From Propionibacteriaceae bacterium (GTDB lineage: Bacteria; Actinomycetota; Actinomycetes; Propionibacteriales; Propionibacteriaceae): a stretch of 32,000 bases of DNA. The position numbers and the translations under genes were made by a program. The stretch is taken from the NCBI GenBank assembly GCA_031256725.1, contig JAIRQE010000012.1, forward strand, positions 1 through 32,000, in the 5' to 3' direction. Below the pieces are notes generated by a model. The model worked only from the letters and a program-made list of their open reading frames with translations, was not told the DNA's origin and made no database searches. Below, one piece after another: positions 1 through 8,913 of this stretch (positions within the stretch are counted from its first letter, which is position 1; every line of letters starts with the position of its first letter).

Positions 1-870
<870 letters not shown>

Positions 871-941
871 CTACATTAATGTTTGCGTCCACTGTGTGGT
901 TCCCGAGATACGGTCGGGAATCCGAATTACATCTCAATAGA

Positions 942-1060
942 GTTTCGGTGATCATGGCGAAAGGGAAACACCCGGTTCCATTCCGAACCCGGAAGTTAAG
1001 CCTTTCAGCGCCGATGGTACTGCACGGGAGACTGTGTGGGAGAGTAGGTCGTCGCCGAAC
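942..1060 (+). rRNA. rrf: 5S rRNA
   Basis: GTTTCGGTGATCATGGCGAAAGGGAAACACCCGGTTCCATTCCGAACCCGGAAGTTAAGCCTTTCAGCGCCGATGGTACTGCA...GGGAGAGTAGGTCGTCGCCGAAC is close to actinobacterial 5S sequences. It lies ~70 nt after the 23S end. Ends are +/-3 nt. Confidence 0.95.
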
Positions 1061-1068
1061 ATTTCAAC

Positions 1069-1106
1069 AAAACCCCTGGGGATTTCCCCAGGGGTTTTGT
1101 TGTTTG
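1069..1106 (+). terminator. Rho-independent terminator of the rrn operon
   Basis: Perfect 13-bp stem AAAACCCCTGGGG / CCCCAGGGGTTTT (1069-1081 / 1086-1098) with loop ATTT, followed by the T-rich tail TTTTGTTGTTTG. Confidence 0.9.
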
Positions 1107-1178
1107 CAGCGGGTTCTTGCACTTAGTCACGGGTGTATGGATCAAAAAGGGGCTTTACAAAAGCGGAACATTGGGGAT

Positions 1179-1220
1179 TTCGAGCTCTCACGGTATTTCT
1201 TCGAGCTCTCACGGTATTTC
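1179..1220. repeat. Perfect tandem duplication, 2 x 21 bp (TTCGAGCTCTCACGGTATTTC)
   Basis: 1179-1199 and 1200-1220 are identical, read directly. Each unit contains the palindrome GAGCTC and the hexamer TCACGG, which also occurs at 1127 and 1254. Confidence 0.95.
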
Positions 1221-1371
1221 ACAGTACAAAGGCTACTGATCGTATTCTGTGCCTCACGGGACTCTCTCTTCCGCTTGTAGGCACATGTGTATGTGTCATT
1301 TATCGTACTAGCATTATTATTCCGTAAAAGAAGTAGAATTGTGCGTAAAATCGAGAGAAATGATTCCTGAA

Positions 1372-1998
1372 TTAGTCTAGGTGATTCGTGTCCATCTGAG
1401 CTAAACGGAGCCAGGATTGTGGATCAGGGTGATTCACGAGAGCCGTCCCAACTGCAATCCAGTGTGATCCCGCCTCGCGTATCCTCGGTATATGCTCAAG
1501 GGTGATTCCGCCGTCGACTCCTATCAAGCCACGGGTAGACAGCATCGACAACCGATCGATGGTTTTTGTATGCCAGGAACCTCCTGCGTGACCAGGAGTA
1601 ATGGCCATGACAAGAATGGGGAGGTTGGGTAGATGATCAAGGGCGTCAAGGGGTGTACTTGGGCAGATGGCTATGGCAGGTTGTCGTCCTCGTTGCTCGA
1701 TGCGACGAATAGCTTCCATGTGAGACTCAACTTCAACATGGACAACGATCATCTCGCAGAACTCACACCACTGATCTATCTCTGGGTATGGATCCGACAT
1801 CATAAGGTGAGCCTCTGAGGAGACACCTACCTCCTCAGCGATGGATCCAGCCTCATATGAGGTGAATCCTCCACCATGGGCAAAGATTCCGTCGGATCTA
1901 TCCCAGTGGAATACCGTGACTCCAGCATCAACGAGTCTTCTGGCGTGTTCTCGTGCATGGCTGCCCGCTACATTCCACAGCGAACTTCCCACTCTCAT
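1372..1998 (-). CDS. Ribulose-phosphate 3-epimerase family protein (divergent Rpe/AlsE-like sugar-phosphate epimerase)
   Basis: 208-aa ORF with Rpe-family motifs in order: HWDRSDG (cf. HFDVMD), EAHLMM (cf. DVHLM), LVMAITPGHAGGSW (cf. LMSVNPGFGGQ), GVDGGI (cf. VDGG), AVGTAL (cf. VAGSAIF). Its start overlaps the upstream regulator's stop by 4 bp (1995-1998). Confidence 0.8.
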   Translation of the reverse strand: MRVGSSLWNVAGSHAREHARRLVDAGVTVFHWDRSDGIFAHGGGFTSYEAGSIAEEVGVSSEAHLMMSDPYPEIDQWCEFCEMIVVHVEVESHMEAIRRIEQRGRQPAIAICPSTPLDALDHLPNLPILVMAITPGHAGGSWHTKTIDRLSMLSTRGLIGVDGGITLEHIPRIREAGSHWIAVGTALVNHPDPQSWLRLAQMDTNHLD

Positions 1999-3002
1999 CG
2001 GCGTATCCGGTCGGGGTTGGGTGCGGGAATGATGGGAGGCATACGCAGTCCAGCATCGGCCAGGGTGTGGTCTGTAACCAGATCGGTGATCATTCCAGAC
2101 TTGACCACAGCGCGTACTGCATCAACCTTGATCAGTCCGCCTGCAGAGGCTACCAACCGAGGTACATGTCTGAGTTGGGCTGGGGAAATCGATAAATAGC
2201 GATTGGAGAAATCTTCTGCCACTGTGTTCCCATCTGCGTCGAAGAAGACTCCAGCAACCTCAGCGCGTACTCCGAGGTCATCAAGTCGTTTTCGATCCTC
2301 TTCGGCGAGTACTGGGCGAATCTGCGAAGCGGGAGGATCCCAGGACCCCACAGATATGATCGCAATGTCTAGATTGTCAAAGAGGTCAAGGGCTGCTTTG
2401 ACATCCGGATTCGTTTTGAGTACAGCCAGGGCTTGAGCATCCCCAAGGATTGCAGGGGCGATGATGGGGTACGCTTTTCCACCAGTCGATAGTGAGGTAC
2501 GTCGTACCAACTCAACTGGTGACTCTTCCAAGTTGGATGTGACAGCACCAATGAGTTGAACTACTGACAGTCTCGGTAGCGTGGTCAGGAAATCTGTCAT
2601 CGCTCGAAGTGTGCGACCCCACGACAGGCCTACGATGTCACCCTCGTTAATGTCATCCATGAAGAGTTCTGCTGTGGCTTGTCCAACATAATGAAGAACA
2701 TCATCATTACTTCCAGCTAAAGAGTTCACGACGACAGTGTTGATGCCCCAATGGCCGCTGAGTGCTTGCGACTTTTGGAGATCGACGGGAGCGGTTCCTT
2801 GAATTGAGATGGAGACCACACCCTGGGCTCTCGCTTGATCGAGAAGTCGAGCCACTTTAAACCTTGACAAGCCCAAACGTTGACCAATGTCGACTTTACT
2901 GATGTCTTTGAGGTAGTACAGTCGAGCAACTTCAGCCAACAGGTGTCGTTCAGTACGCGCATCAATGCTGTTCATATGCCTGTCCACATCCACATTTGTC
3001 AT
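1995..3002 (-). CDS. SorC/DeoR(Bs)/CggR-family sugar-phosphate-binding transcriptional regulator
   Basis: N-terminal HTH (LLAEVARLYYLKDISKVDIGQRLGLSRFKVARLL) followed by a long sugar-binding domain (GLSWGRTL ... ASAGG ... ITDLVTD). The ORF is open to 3056, but the ATG at 3002 (MTNVDVD) gives a family-typical 335 aa and leaves a 123-bp divergent promoter region. An alternative start is at 2975. Confidence 0.85.
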   Translation of the reverse strand: MTNVDVDRHMNSIDARTERHLLAEVARLYYLKDISKVDIGQRLGLSRFKVARLLDQARAQGVVSISIQGTAPVDLQKSQALSGHWGINTVVVNSLAGSNDDVLHYVGQATAELFMDDINEGDIVGLSWGRTLRAMTDFLTTLPRLSVVQLIGAVTSNLEESPVELVRRTSLSTGGKAYPIIAPAILGDAQALAVLKTNPDVKAALDLFDNLDIAIISVGSWDPPASQIRPVLAEEDRKRLDDLGVRAEVAGVFFDADGNTVAEDFSNRYLSISPAQLRHVPRLVASAGGLIKVDAVRAVVKSGMITDLVTDHTLADAGLRMPPIIPAPNPDRIRR

Positions 3003-3037
3003 CCTATAACGTTCCCATAACGTACTCGTACCACTTC

Positions 3038-3066
3038 TTGATCGCCCACTGGGCATATGCTAGTCT
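3038..3066 (+). promoter_or_regulatory. Candidate sigma-70-type promoter of the ABC transporter operon
   Basis: TTGATC (3038-3043), 17-nt spacer, TAGTCT (3061-3066, fits TAnnnT). The -10 lies inside the 13-bp palindrome at 3058-3070. Confidence 0.4.
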
Positions 3067-3070
3067 AGCA
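3058..3070. promoter_or_regulatory. Perfect 13-bp palindrome TGCTAGTCTAGCA, candidate operator (SorC-type regulator)
   Basis: Read directly: arms TGCTAG / CTAGCA around a central T. It sits in the middle of the divergent regulator/transporter intergenic region and overlaps -10-like hexamers on both strands (TAGTCT on +, TAGACT on -). Confidence 0.45.
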
Positions 3071-3125
3071 CACATGAGCGAGAAACGCTCAAATGAGTAC
3101 TCGTGTGTTGATGGATTGGAGCAAC

Positions 3126-4145
3126 ATGAAGAAAGGACGACTCCCTGAAGAGGTGGGGGTACTGGGGATGATCGTGGTTGTGTCGATTGTCTTTTCAGTG
3201 ATGTCATCCACCTTCCGTACCGTTGATAATCTTCAAATTCTGTTGCTGAATGGTGCAGTGATCGGTTTCTTAGCACTCGGGCAAACCTTCGTGCTACTGA
3301 CGGGTGGTATTGACCTTTCGACTGGATCCAATCTCTGTCTCACAGGGATGCTCGCAGCAATAGCCATGTACAACGGAATCCCATGGTGGGGTGCTGTTGT
3401 GATTGCGGTGGCAGCTGGTGTTCTTGTCGGGGTATTCAATGGGGTACTGGTGCACTATGCCAAGCTCCCACCATTTATCGTGACCTTCTCGACTTTCGGT
3501 ATTGCGGCTTCAATACCCAAGATCCTCACTGGGGCACAGTCGGTCTCCGTGAAAGATCCTTTCTTTGCGATCATTGGCCGAGGAAGCATCGCAAATGTGC
3601 CTATACCTGTGGTGATGCTCGCAATCGCTGTTGTCATCTTTACATTCATTTTGAGGCGGACAGCTCTCGGTGTGCATATCTACTCGGTTGGGGGTAATGC
3701 AGAGACTTCGCGCCTTGCTGGCATCTCAGTTCCCAAGGTGACGATCGTGGTTTATGCAATGTCTGGACTGTGTGCAGCACTGGGTGGATTAATCACGACC
3801 AGTCGATTGATGGTCGGATATCCAGTCGCAGGATCGGGTAATGAACTGTTTTACTCAATCGCATCTGCGGTGGTTGGTGGGGTCAGTCTCTTCGGTGGAA
3901 TTGGTACAATCCCAGGCGCTTTGTTGGGATCAGTCCTCATTGCCACAGTGTCCAACGGGATGAATGTTGTGCATGTTGAAAGCTATTGGCAGCCACTGGT
4001 CATAGGTGTCATCATCCTGGGTGGGGTCATCCTTGACACTTATCGTCGCCAAGTATCGCTAACCCGCTTATTGACGAAGAGAGCACCAGGGGCAAGATCC
4101 CCCAATGCTCCACCATCTGGGGCCGTCACCGCGACGGAGCCCTGA
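3126..4145 (+). CDS. Sugar ABC transporter permease (ribose/CUT2 type, RbsC-like)
   Basis: Very hydrophobic multi-TM protein with family-like strings [38 protein letters not shown]. The ORF opens at 3093, but the ATG at 3126 (MKKGRL) has GGAG 5 nt upstream. Confidence 0.85.
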   Translation: MKKGRLPEEVGVLGMIVVVSIVFSVMSSTFRTVDNLQILLLNGAVIGFLALGQTFVLLTGGIDLSTGSNLCLTGMLAAIAMYNGIPWWGAVVIAVAAGVLVGVFNGVLVHYAKLPPFIVTFSTFGIAASIPKILTGAQSVSVKDPFFAIIGRGSIANVPIPVVMLAIAVVIFTFILRRTALGVHIYSVGGNAETSRLAGISVPKVTIVVYAMSGLCAALGGLITTSRLMVGYPVAGSGNELFYSIASAVVGGVSLFGGIGTIPGALLGSVLIATVSNGMNVVHVESYWQPLVIGVIILGGVILDTYRRQVSLTRLLTKRAPGARSPNAPPSGAVTATEP

Positions 4146-4182
4146 CTATAATCCAAGACTCATTCAATAACGAAAGGAATCA

Positions 4183-5190
4183 ATGATGAGTATGAAGCGA
4201 TATATGAGGAAGATCGCTCTCGCATGTGCGGCTTTCCCTCTTGCACTAGCTTTAGCAAGTTGCTCGACTGGAGTGGACACTCCGTCGGCACCTACAGATG
4301 GGGAAATCCCGCGCCCGGCAGCTTGCGATGCTGAGAAACCCTACATTGCAGTGGCCTTGCCAAATCTGACGAATCCCTATTACATCGCTATGAAGAGAGG
4401 CTTCGAAGAAGCTGGAGCAGCCAATGGATTCGACGTTGAAGTACAGATTGCCGACAATGACGATGCTGTTCAATTAGCACAGGCACAGGCCATGATTCAA
4501 AAGAAGCCATGTGCCTTTGCTCTGAATGCTGTGAAGTCGGAGTCAGGTGCTGCCATTGTGAAGGCGGCCAATAATGCTGGTATTCCAGTGTTTACAGTGA
4601 ATGTCATCTTGTCTGATGAGGCTCTGAAAGATCAGGGTGCCACGATTGTTCAGTACCTCGGTGCTGACAATGTTGCTGGTGGGCGCCAATCGGCTGAAGC
4701 AATGATGAAAGACTTTGGATCAAGCGTTGAACTCAAGATCGGGTTCATCACTGAACCTGACGAGGTACCCGTACTCCTGCGTGATCAAGGCTTCGAAGAA
4801 GCAATTGCAGCAGATCAAAACGCTACTATCGTGGCTCGTGTTGACGGCAATGTCAAGGTTGATGACTCCATGAGAGTGACCACCGAGTTACTGACGGCCA
4901 ACCCGGAGATCAATGCTGTTTTCGCGTCAACAGGTCCCGCATCCTATGGAGCCTTGCAGGCTGTACAGACACTCGGGAAAGACGTCAAGGTTTATGGATT
5001 CTGTGCGTCCGAAGAACCTCTGACTGATCAGTATCCCTTCTGTGTAGCTCAAGAACCGGAGAACTATGGCACTTTGGTGATCAAAGAGGTTCGAGGCTGG
5101 CTTGATGGTGGTACCCCCAAGGCTGAAATCCTTCGCCCGCTGAAGGAGTTCACCGCCGGGCAGACCCCTGCTCCCGGAGAGGTTGGATAA
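4183..5190 (+). CDS. Sugar ABC transporter substrate-binding lipoprotein (RbsB-like periplasmic-binding fold)
   Basis: Signal peptide with lipobox LALASC, a PT/PS-rich tether, then a type-I PBP pattern (IAVALPNLTNPYY, AGIPVFTVN, GADNVAGG). RBS GAAAGGA lies upstream. Confidence 0.85.
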   Translation: MMSMKRYMRKIALACAAFPLALALASCSTGVDTPSAPTDGEIPRPAACDAEKPYIAVALPNLTNPYYIAMKRGFEEAGAANGFDVEVQIADNDDAVQLAQAQAMIQKKPCAFALNAVKSESGAAIVKAANNAGIPVFTVNVILSDEALKDQGATIVQYLGADNVAGGRQSAEAMMKDFGSSVELKIGFITEPDEVPVLLRDQGFEEAIAADQNATIVARVDGNVKVDDSMRVTTELLTANPEINAVFASTGPASYGALQAVQTLGKDVKVYGFCASEEPLTDQYPFCVAQEPENYGTLVIKEVRGWLDGGTPKAEILRPLKEFTAGQTPAPGEVG

Positions 5191-5192
5191 CA

Positions 5193-6737
5193 ATGATGGC
5201 TGGGCTGGATCGTTCAATGGTTGGCTCTCACGGGCTTTCAGTACATAGTATTGTGAAACGATATGGTGGCGCTGAGGTGCTTGGTGGTGTCTCCATTTCA
5301 ATCCAGCCCGGCCAAATCCTGGGTCTTGTTGGGCACAATGGTGCTGGTAAGTCCACCTTATTGAAAACAATCTCTGGGGCAGTACGTCCCGATGATGGCA
5401 GTATCCTCATCGACGGTACCAAGGTGGAGTTCTCCCATCCTGCGGATGCGCTCAAGGCAGGTATTGCTACTGTGTACCAGGAACTCTCCCTTCTGGGGAA
5501 CCTCACAGTGACCCAGAATGTTTTCCTGGGCCATGAACTGACCAATGCGGGTTTTCTCCGTCTTGATCAGATGAGGGAACAGGCCAAACAGGCCATGGCT
5601 ACTTTGAACCTCAAGGTTGATGTTGATCGTCTTGTGAGTTCGTACCCGGTAGCCATTCGACAGTTGATGGAGATAGCCGTCGCTATTCATCGGGATGCCC
5701 GCTATCTCCTGCTCGACGAACCCACCACATCACTCGAAGGCGAGCAGGTTGGTGAACTCTTGGATGTGGTTGCCGAGTTGGCTCGTGAGAGAAATATTGG
5801 AGTCTTGTTTATCAGTCACAAACTCGATGAGTTGTACCGGATCAGCGACCGAATGGTTGCCCTTGTTGATGGCCTGGTGTGTATTGATAGTCCCACTGAC
5901 TCAGTTCCACGCGAGGACCTCATTGCAGCTATCGCAGGGTCAGAAGCTTCATCAATCTTGGATGGATCTCACCGTGAAGAACCTGCCAGGATTTCTCGTC
6001 ATCATCAAGCCGCCCCGAGTGTACGCGCGGTTCATCTGCGTACTCATGTCTTGGAGGATGTCTCGGTGGTGGCTTATCCTGGCCAAGTAACGGGAATCTA
6101 TGGACTCATAGGCTCAGGTCGTACCGAATTCCTCAGAGCGCTCATGGGGTTGGACCCCATTGTCTCAGGCGAATTAGAGTTAGATGGAAACCCCTATCAC
6201 CCCTCGTCTCCAGCTAAAGCTGCAAAAGTGGGGTTGGCCTATGTGACCGAGGATCGCAAGAATTCTGGGATAGTACCTATGTTGAATTCTTGGTACAACG
6301 TAGCCTTACCAATACTCCATCGTTTCACGAAATTCGGCGTACTGAACGTAAAAAGAATGCTCGCAAACGCTGATACCATACTGGATCAATTACGGGTACG
6401 CGGAAACCGAGGGGTTGGAGTACACAGTCTTTCTGGGGGGAACCAGCAGAAGGTGGTACTGGCCCGAGCCCTGGGGCAGACTCCCAACGTGTTATTGCTT
6501 GATGAGCCAACCAAGGGTGTTGACATCGCAGTGAAGGTTGAAATCCACCGCATTATCCGCCAGTTGGCTCACGAGACAGGGATGACGGTGATCCTGGTCT
6601 CTTCTGAGGATGAAGAGATTCTTGATGTCGCCGACCACGTCTGTGTATTTGTGGCGAGGCGGTGTTCACAGGTACCCATCTGTGTATCTGAGTTGACAAT
6701 TGCCGACCTGCGACAAGCAGCGTGGGCCACCCATTAA
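5193..6737 (+). CDS. Sugar ABC transporter ATP-binding protein, fused double cassette (RbsA/MglA-like)
   Basis: Cassette 1 has Walker A GHNGAGKST and Walker B YLLLDEPT. Cassette 2 has the CUT2-typical GLIGSGRTE, signature LSGGNQQKV and Walker B VLLLDEPTKGVD. The cassette-1 signature looks degenerate (SYPVAIRQ where LSxGxQQ is expected). Confidence 0.9.
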   Translation: MMAGLDRSMVGSHGLSVHSIVKRYGGAEVLGGVSISIQPGQILGLVGHNGAGKSTLLKTISGAVRPDDGSILIDGTKVEFSHPADALKAGIATVYQELSLLGNLTVTQNVFLGHELTNAGFLRLDQMREQAKQAMATLNLKVDVDRLVSSYPVAIRQLMEIAVAIHRDARYLLLDEPTTSLEGEQVGELLDVVAELARERNIGVLFISHKLDELYRISDRMVALVDGLVCIDSPTDSVPREDLIAAIAGSEASSILDGSHREEPARISRHHQAAPSVRAVHLRTHVLEDVSVVAYPGQVTGIYGLIGSGRTEFLRALMGLDPIVSGELELDGNPYHPSSPAKAAKVGLAYVTEDRKNSGIVPMLNSWYNVALPILHRFTKFGVLNVKRMLANADTILDQLRVRGNRGVGVHSLSGGNQQKVVLARALGQTPNVLLLDEPTKGVDIAVKVEIHRIIRQLAHETGMTVILVSSEDEEILDVADHVCVFVARRCSQVPICVSELTIADLRQAAWATH

Positions 6738-6746
6738 GGAGAAAGC

Positions 6747-7394
6747 ATGTACAAAGATGCAAGTGCAATTGTGGAGGCGGGTCGTGAAGTGGTCGCCAAC
6801 GAAGTAACGGGGATACAGGCTCTAGTTGACAACTTCGATCCGAGATTTGTCGATGTTGTTGAAATGCTGATGAAATGCCAGGGGATGGTTTTTCTTTCCG
6901 GTTCTGGTACCTCGGGTGCCATCGCACGACGGATGGCCCATTTGCTGTCGGTATGTGGTACCCCCTCAGTACCGTTACAACCCATGGATGCTCTTCACGG
7001 AACCATGGGTGCAGTGACCTCATCCGATGTTGTTATTGCCATCTCTCGTGGAGGAAAATCCGGTGAATTGAATGATCTGTGTGAGCGAGTGAAGGCTAGA
7101 GGAGCCTCGGTTATTGCTCTCACTTCCAATCCTGATGCACCCTTAGCATCCATCTCAGACCTGACAGTACTCCTACCCACTGATGATGTTATTGATCCTG
7201 GTGGAGTCATCGCTATGGGTTCCACTTTGGTGGTTGGAGCATGGGGGGATGCCTTGGCCACTGTCATGATGAGAGTCAAGGGATATACATGGGAGCAGAT
7301 GCTTTTCACTCATCCTGCTGGTGCAGTGGGTGAGGAGACACATATTCTTGAACCACTCAAGCCATTGATACCTGAGGGTACCCTATCCTCATAG
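6747..7394 (+). CDS. SIS-domain sugar-phosphate isomerase, KpsF/GutQ-like but lacking the CBS pair
   Basis: 215 aa. FLSGSGTSGAIARRMAHLLSVCGTPS, DVVIAISRGGKSGEL, GASVIALTSNPDAPLA and THPAGAVG parallel the N-terminal SIS half of arabinose-5-phosphate isomerases (GMGKSGHIGRKMAATFASTGTPS, DVVIAISNSGES, SHPGGALG). RBS AAGGAGA. Confidence 0.8.
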   Translation: MYKDASAIVEAGREVVANEVTGIQALVDNFDPRFVDVVEMLMKCQGMVFLSGSGTSGAIARRMAHLLSVCGTPSVPLQPMDALHGTMGAVTSSDVVIAISRGGKSGELNDLCERVKARGASVIALTSNPDAPLASISDLTVLLPTDDVIDPGGVIAMGSTLVVGAWGDALATVMMRVKGYTWEQMLFTHPAGAVGEETHILEPLKPLIPEGTLSS

Positions 7395-7409
7395 CAAAAG
7401 GAGACGACA

Positions 7410-8873
7410 ATGCCATTGGTGGCAGGGGTTGATTCCTCTACTCAGTCATGCAAGGTTGAGATCCGTGATTGCGACACGGGAAGGCTCATCGGTCGAGGCA
7501 GTGCTCCCCATCCTCGTACCAGTCCACCAGTATCGGAACAAAACCCTCAGGATTGGTGGAATGCCTTGTCAACAGCCTTAACGATGGCTGTTGAGAATGC
7601 GGAAATATCCAGATATGAGATTCGAGGGATCTCGGTAGCGGCTCAATGTCACGGCTTGGTGTTATTAGGAGCAGATGGATCTGTACTCAGGCCAGTAAAA
7701 CTCTGGAACGATCTCACGTCAGCACCACAATCCGAAGCTATGATCGCCGAGATGGGAGCAGAGTTTTGGGCTGACGCAGTAGGTTCTGTTCCTACAGCAG
7801 CGTTTACTGTATCAAAATTAGCGTGGGTTGCTGAGAATGAACCGCAGTTGATGGATATCGCTTGGGGAGCCTGCCTCCCTCATGATTGGTTGACCTGGAA
7901 ACTGAGCGGACGTCTGGTGACAGATCGATCGGGAGCCTCTGGTACTGGCTACTATTCTGCACGGCAGGCAACCTATCGTTGGGATATTCTTGAGCGGTTT
8001 GCTGGTGTTGACCAAAGCTTCCACCTACCTGAGGTGCTGGGTCCTGATACTGCGTCTGGGCGGATTACGGTACAAGCTGCCCAGGAGCTGGGCTTGGATC
8101 CTGAGGTGGTCGTCGGTCCCGGTGTTGGAGATCAACATGCTGCTGCTTTGGGGATGGGTATTGGTCAAGGTGATGTGGTTTTCTCCTTGGGTACCTCGGG
8201 GGTAGTCATGGCCTTGTCGGAGAATTCCATTCATGATCCGACCGGGATGGTAACAGGTGTCTGTGATGCAACTGGGCGTTATCTACCCCTGACCTGTTCC
8301 TTGAACTCGACGAAGGTGGTTGACTGGTTTAGGGATCTTCTTGGTGTGGATTTTGATGAGTTTGATCGTCTGGCATTGTCTGTACCCTCTCAGGATCGCA
8401 CGGTGACTCTCGCAGCCTTCTTTGACGGCGAGCGGTCTCCAAGCCTTCCCTATGCCATGGGTATTCTTGCTGGATTGACTCCGGAGACTTCGCGTGCCCA
8501 GGTGGCACGAGCTGGTGTCGACGGAGTGGTGATGGGGCTGTTGGAAGGATTAGACGCAATCGAAGGTTGTGGGGTTGATACCACTGCTCGAGTCATCGCT
8601 GCAGGAGGTGGTGCAGCCTCTCAGGCATGGCGTCAGTCCATCGCTGATCTTCTTGGTCGTCCAGTTCACCTTCTTGAAGCACCAGGAGCGACAGTACGTG
8701 GGGCCTGTCTCCAGGCGGCAACGCTCGTCGCTGGTGTAAAAATCGACGAGATGGTTGAGGCATGGCGTCCACCTATAGTGTCCACAACCCATCCCAAGGA
8801 CCAGACTTCCCCGTGGGTACGAGAATCCTATAAAGAATTAGCTAGTTATCGTGGTATGGATAGACGATGGTAG
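7410..8873 (+). CDS. xylB: FGGY-family carbohydrate kinase, xylulokinase-like
   Basis: 487 aa. The N-terminus LVAGVDSSTQSCKVEIRD...APHP is the actinobacterial XylB signature. It also has GDQHAAALGMG and AGGGAAS (FGGY C-terminal motif). RBS AAGGAG. No xylA is present in the window, so the physiological substrate is uncertain. Confidence 0.8.
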   Translation: MPLVAGVDSSTQSCKVEIRDCDTGRLIGRGSAPHPRTSPPVSEQNPQDWWNALSTALTMAVENAEISRYEIRGISVAAQCHGLVLLGADGSVLRPVKLWNDLTSAPQSEAMIAEMGAEFWADAVGSVPTAAFTVSKLAWVAENEPQLMDIAWGACLPHDWLTWKLSGRLVTDRSGASGTGYYSARQATYRWDILERFAGVDQSFHLPEVLGPDTASGRITVQAAQELGLDPEVVVGPGVGDQHAAALGMGIGQGDVVFSLGTSGVVMALSENSIHDPTGMVTGVCDATGRYLPLTCSLNSTKVVDWFRDLLGVDFDEFDRLALSVPSQDRTVTLAAFFDGERSPSLPYAMGILAGLTPETSRAQVARAGVDGVVMGLLEGLDAIEGCGVDTTARVIAAGGGAASQAWRQSIADLLGRPVHLLEAPGATVRGACLQAATLVAGVKIDEMVEAWRPPIVSTTHPKDQTSPWVRESYKELASYRGMDRRW

Positions 8874-8875
8874 TG

Positions 8876-8913
8876 GATTCTTGTCTGCGATTGATGTGAA
8901 GTCATCAGGAATC
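8876..8913. terminator. Possible shared bidirectional hairpin between the convergent kinase and hbd genes
   Basis: GATTCTTG (8876-8883) pairs with CAGGAATC (8906-8913), including one G-U. An inner TGATG/CATCA stem is present. There is no U-tract on either side. The gap between the stop codons is only 31 bp. Confidence 0.25.

Noticed and set aside
1133-1327. 64-aa ORF containing a duplicated RALTVF peptide.
   Set aside because: The peptide repeat is simply the translation of the 21-bp DNA tandem duplication. There is no RBS, the composition is odd, and it sits in an AT-rich spacer.
3003-3125. Longer ORF-track starts for the SorC regulator (3056) and the permease (3093).
   Set aside because: With both extensions the divergent genes would be only 36 bp apart, with no room for promoters. 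Internal starts at 3002 and 3126 have better RBS context and family-typical lengths. This is not proven, and the alternative coordinates are noted in the features.
1995-8873. The idea that the sugar locus is an lsr-like autoinducer-2 uptake/processing system (SorC-type regulator divergent from a Rbs-type ABC transporter plus FGGY kinase, as in lsrRK/lsrACDBFG).
   Set aside because: The kinase N-terminus is clearly XylB-like rather than LsrK-like. There is no LsrF-type aldolase/thiolase or LsrG-type isomerase, and there is only one permease gene. The architecture is shared by many sugar loci, so the resemblance is generic.
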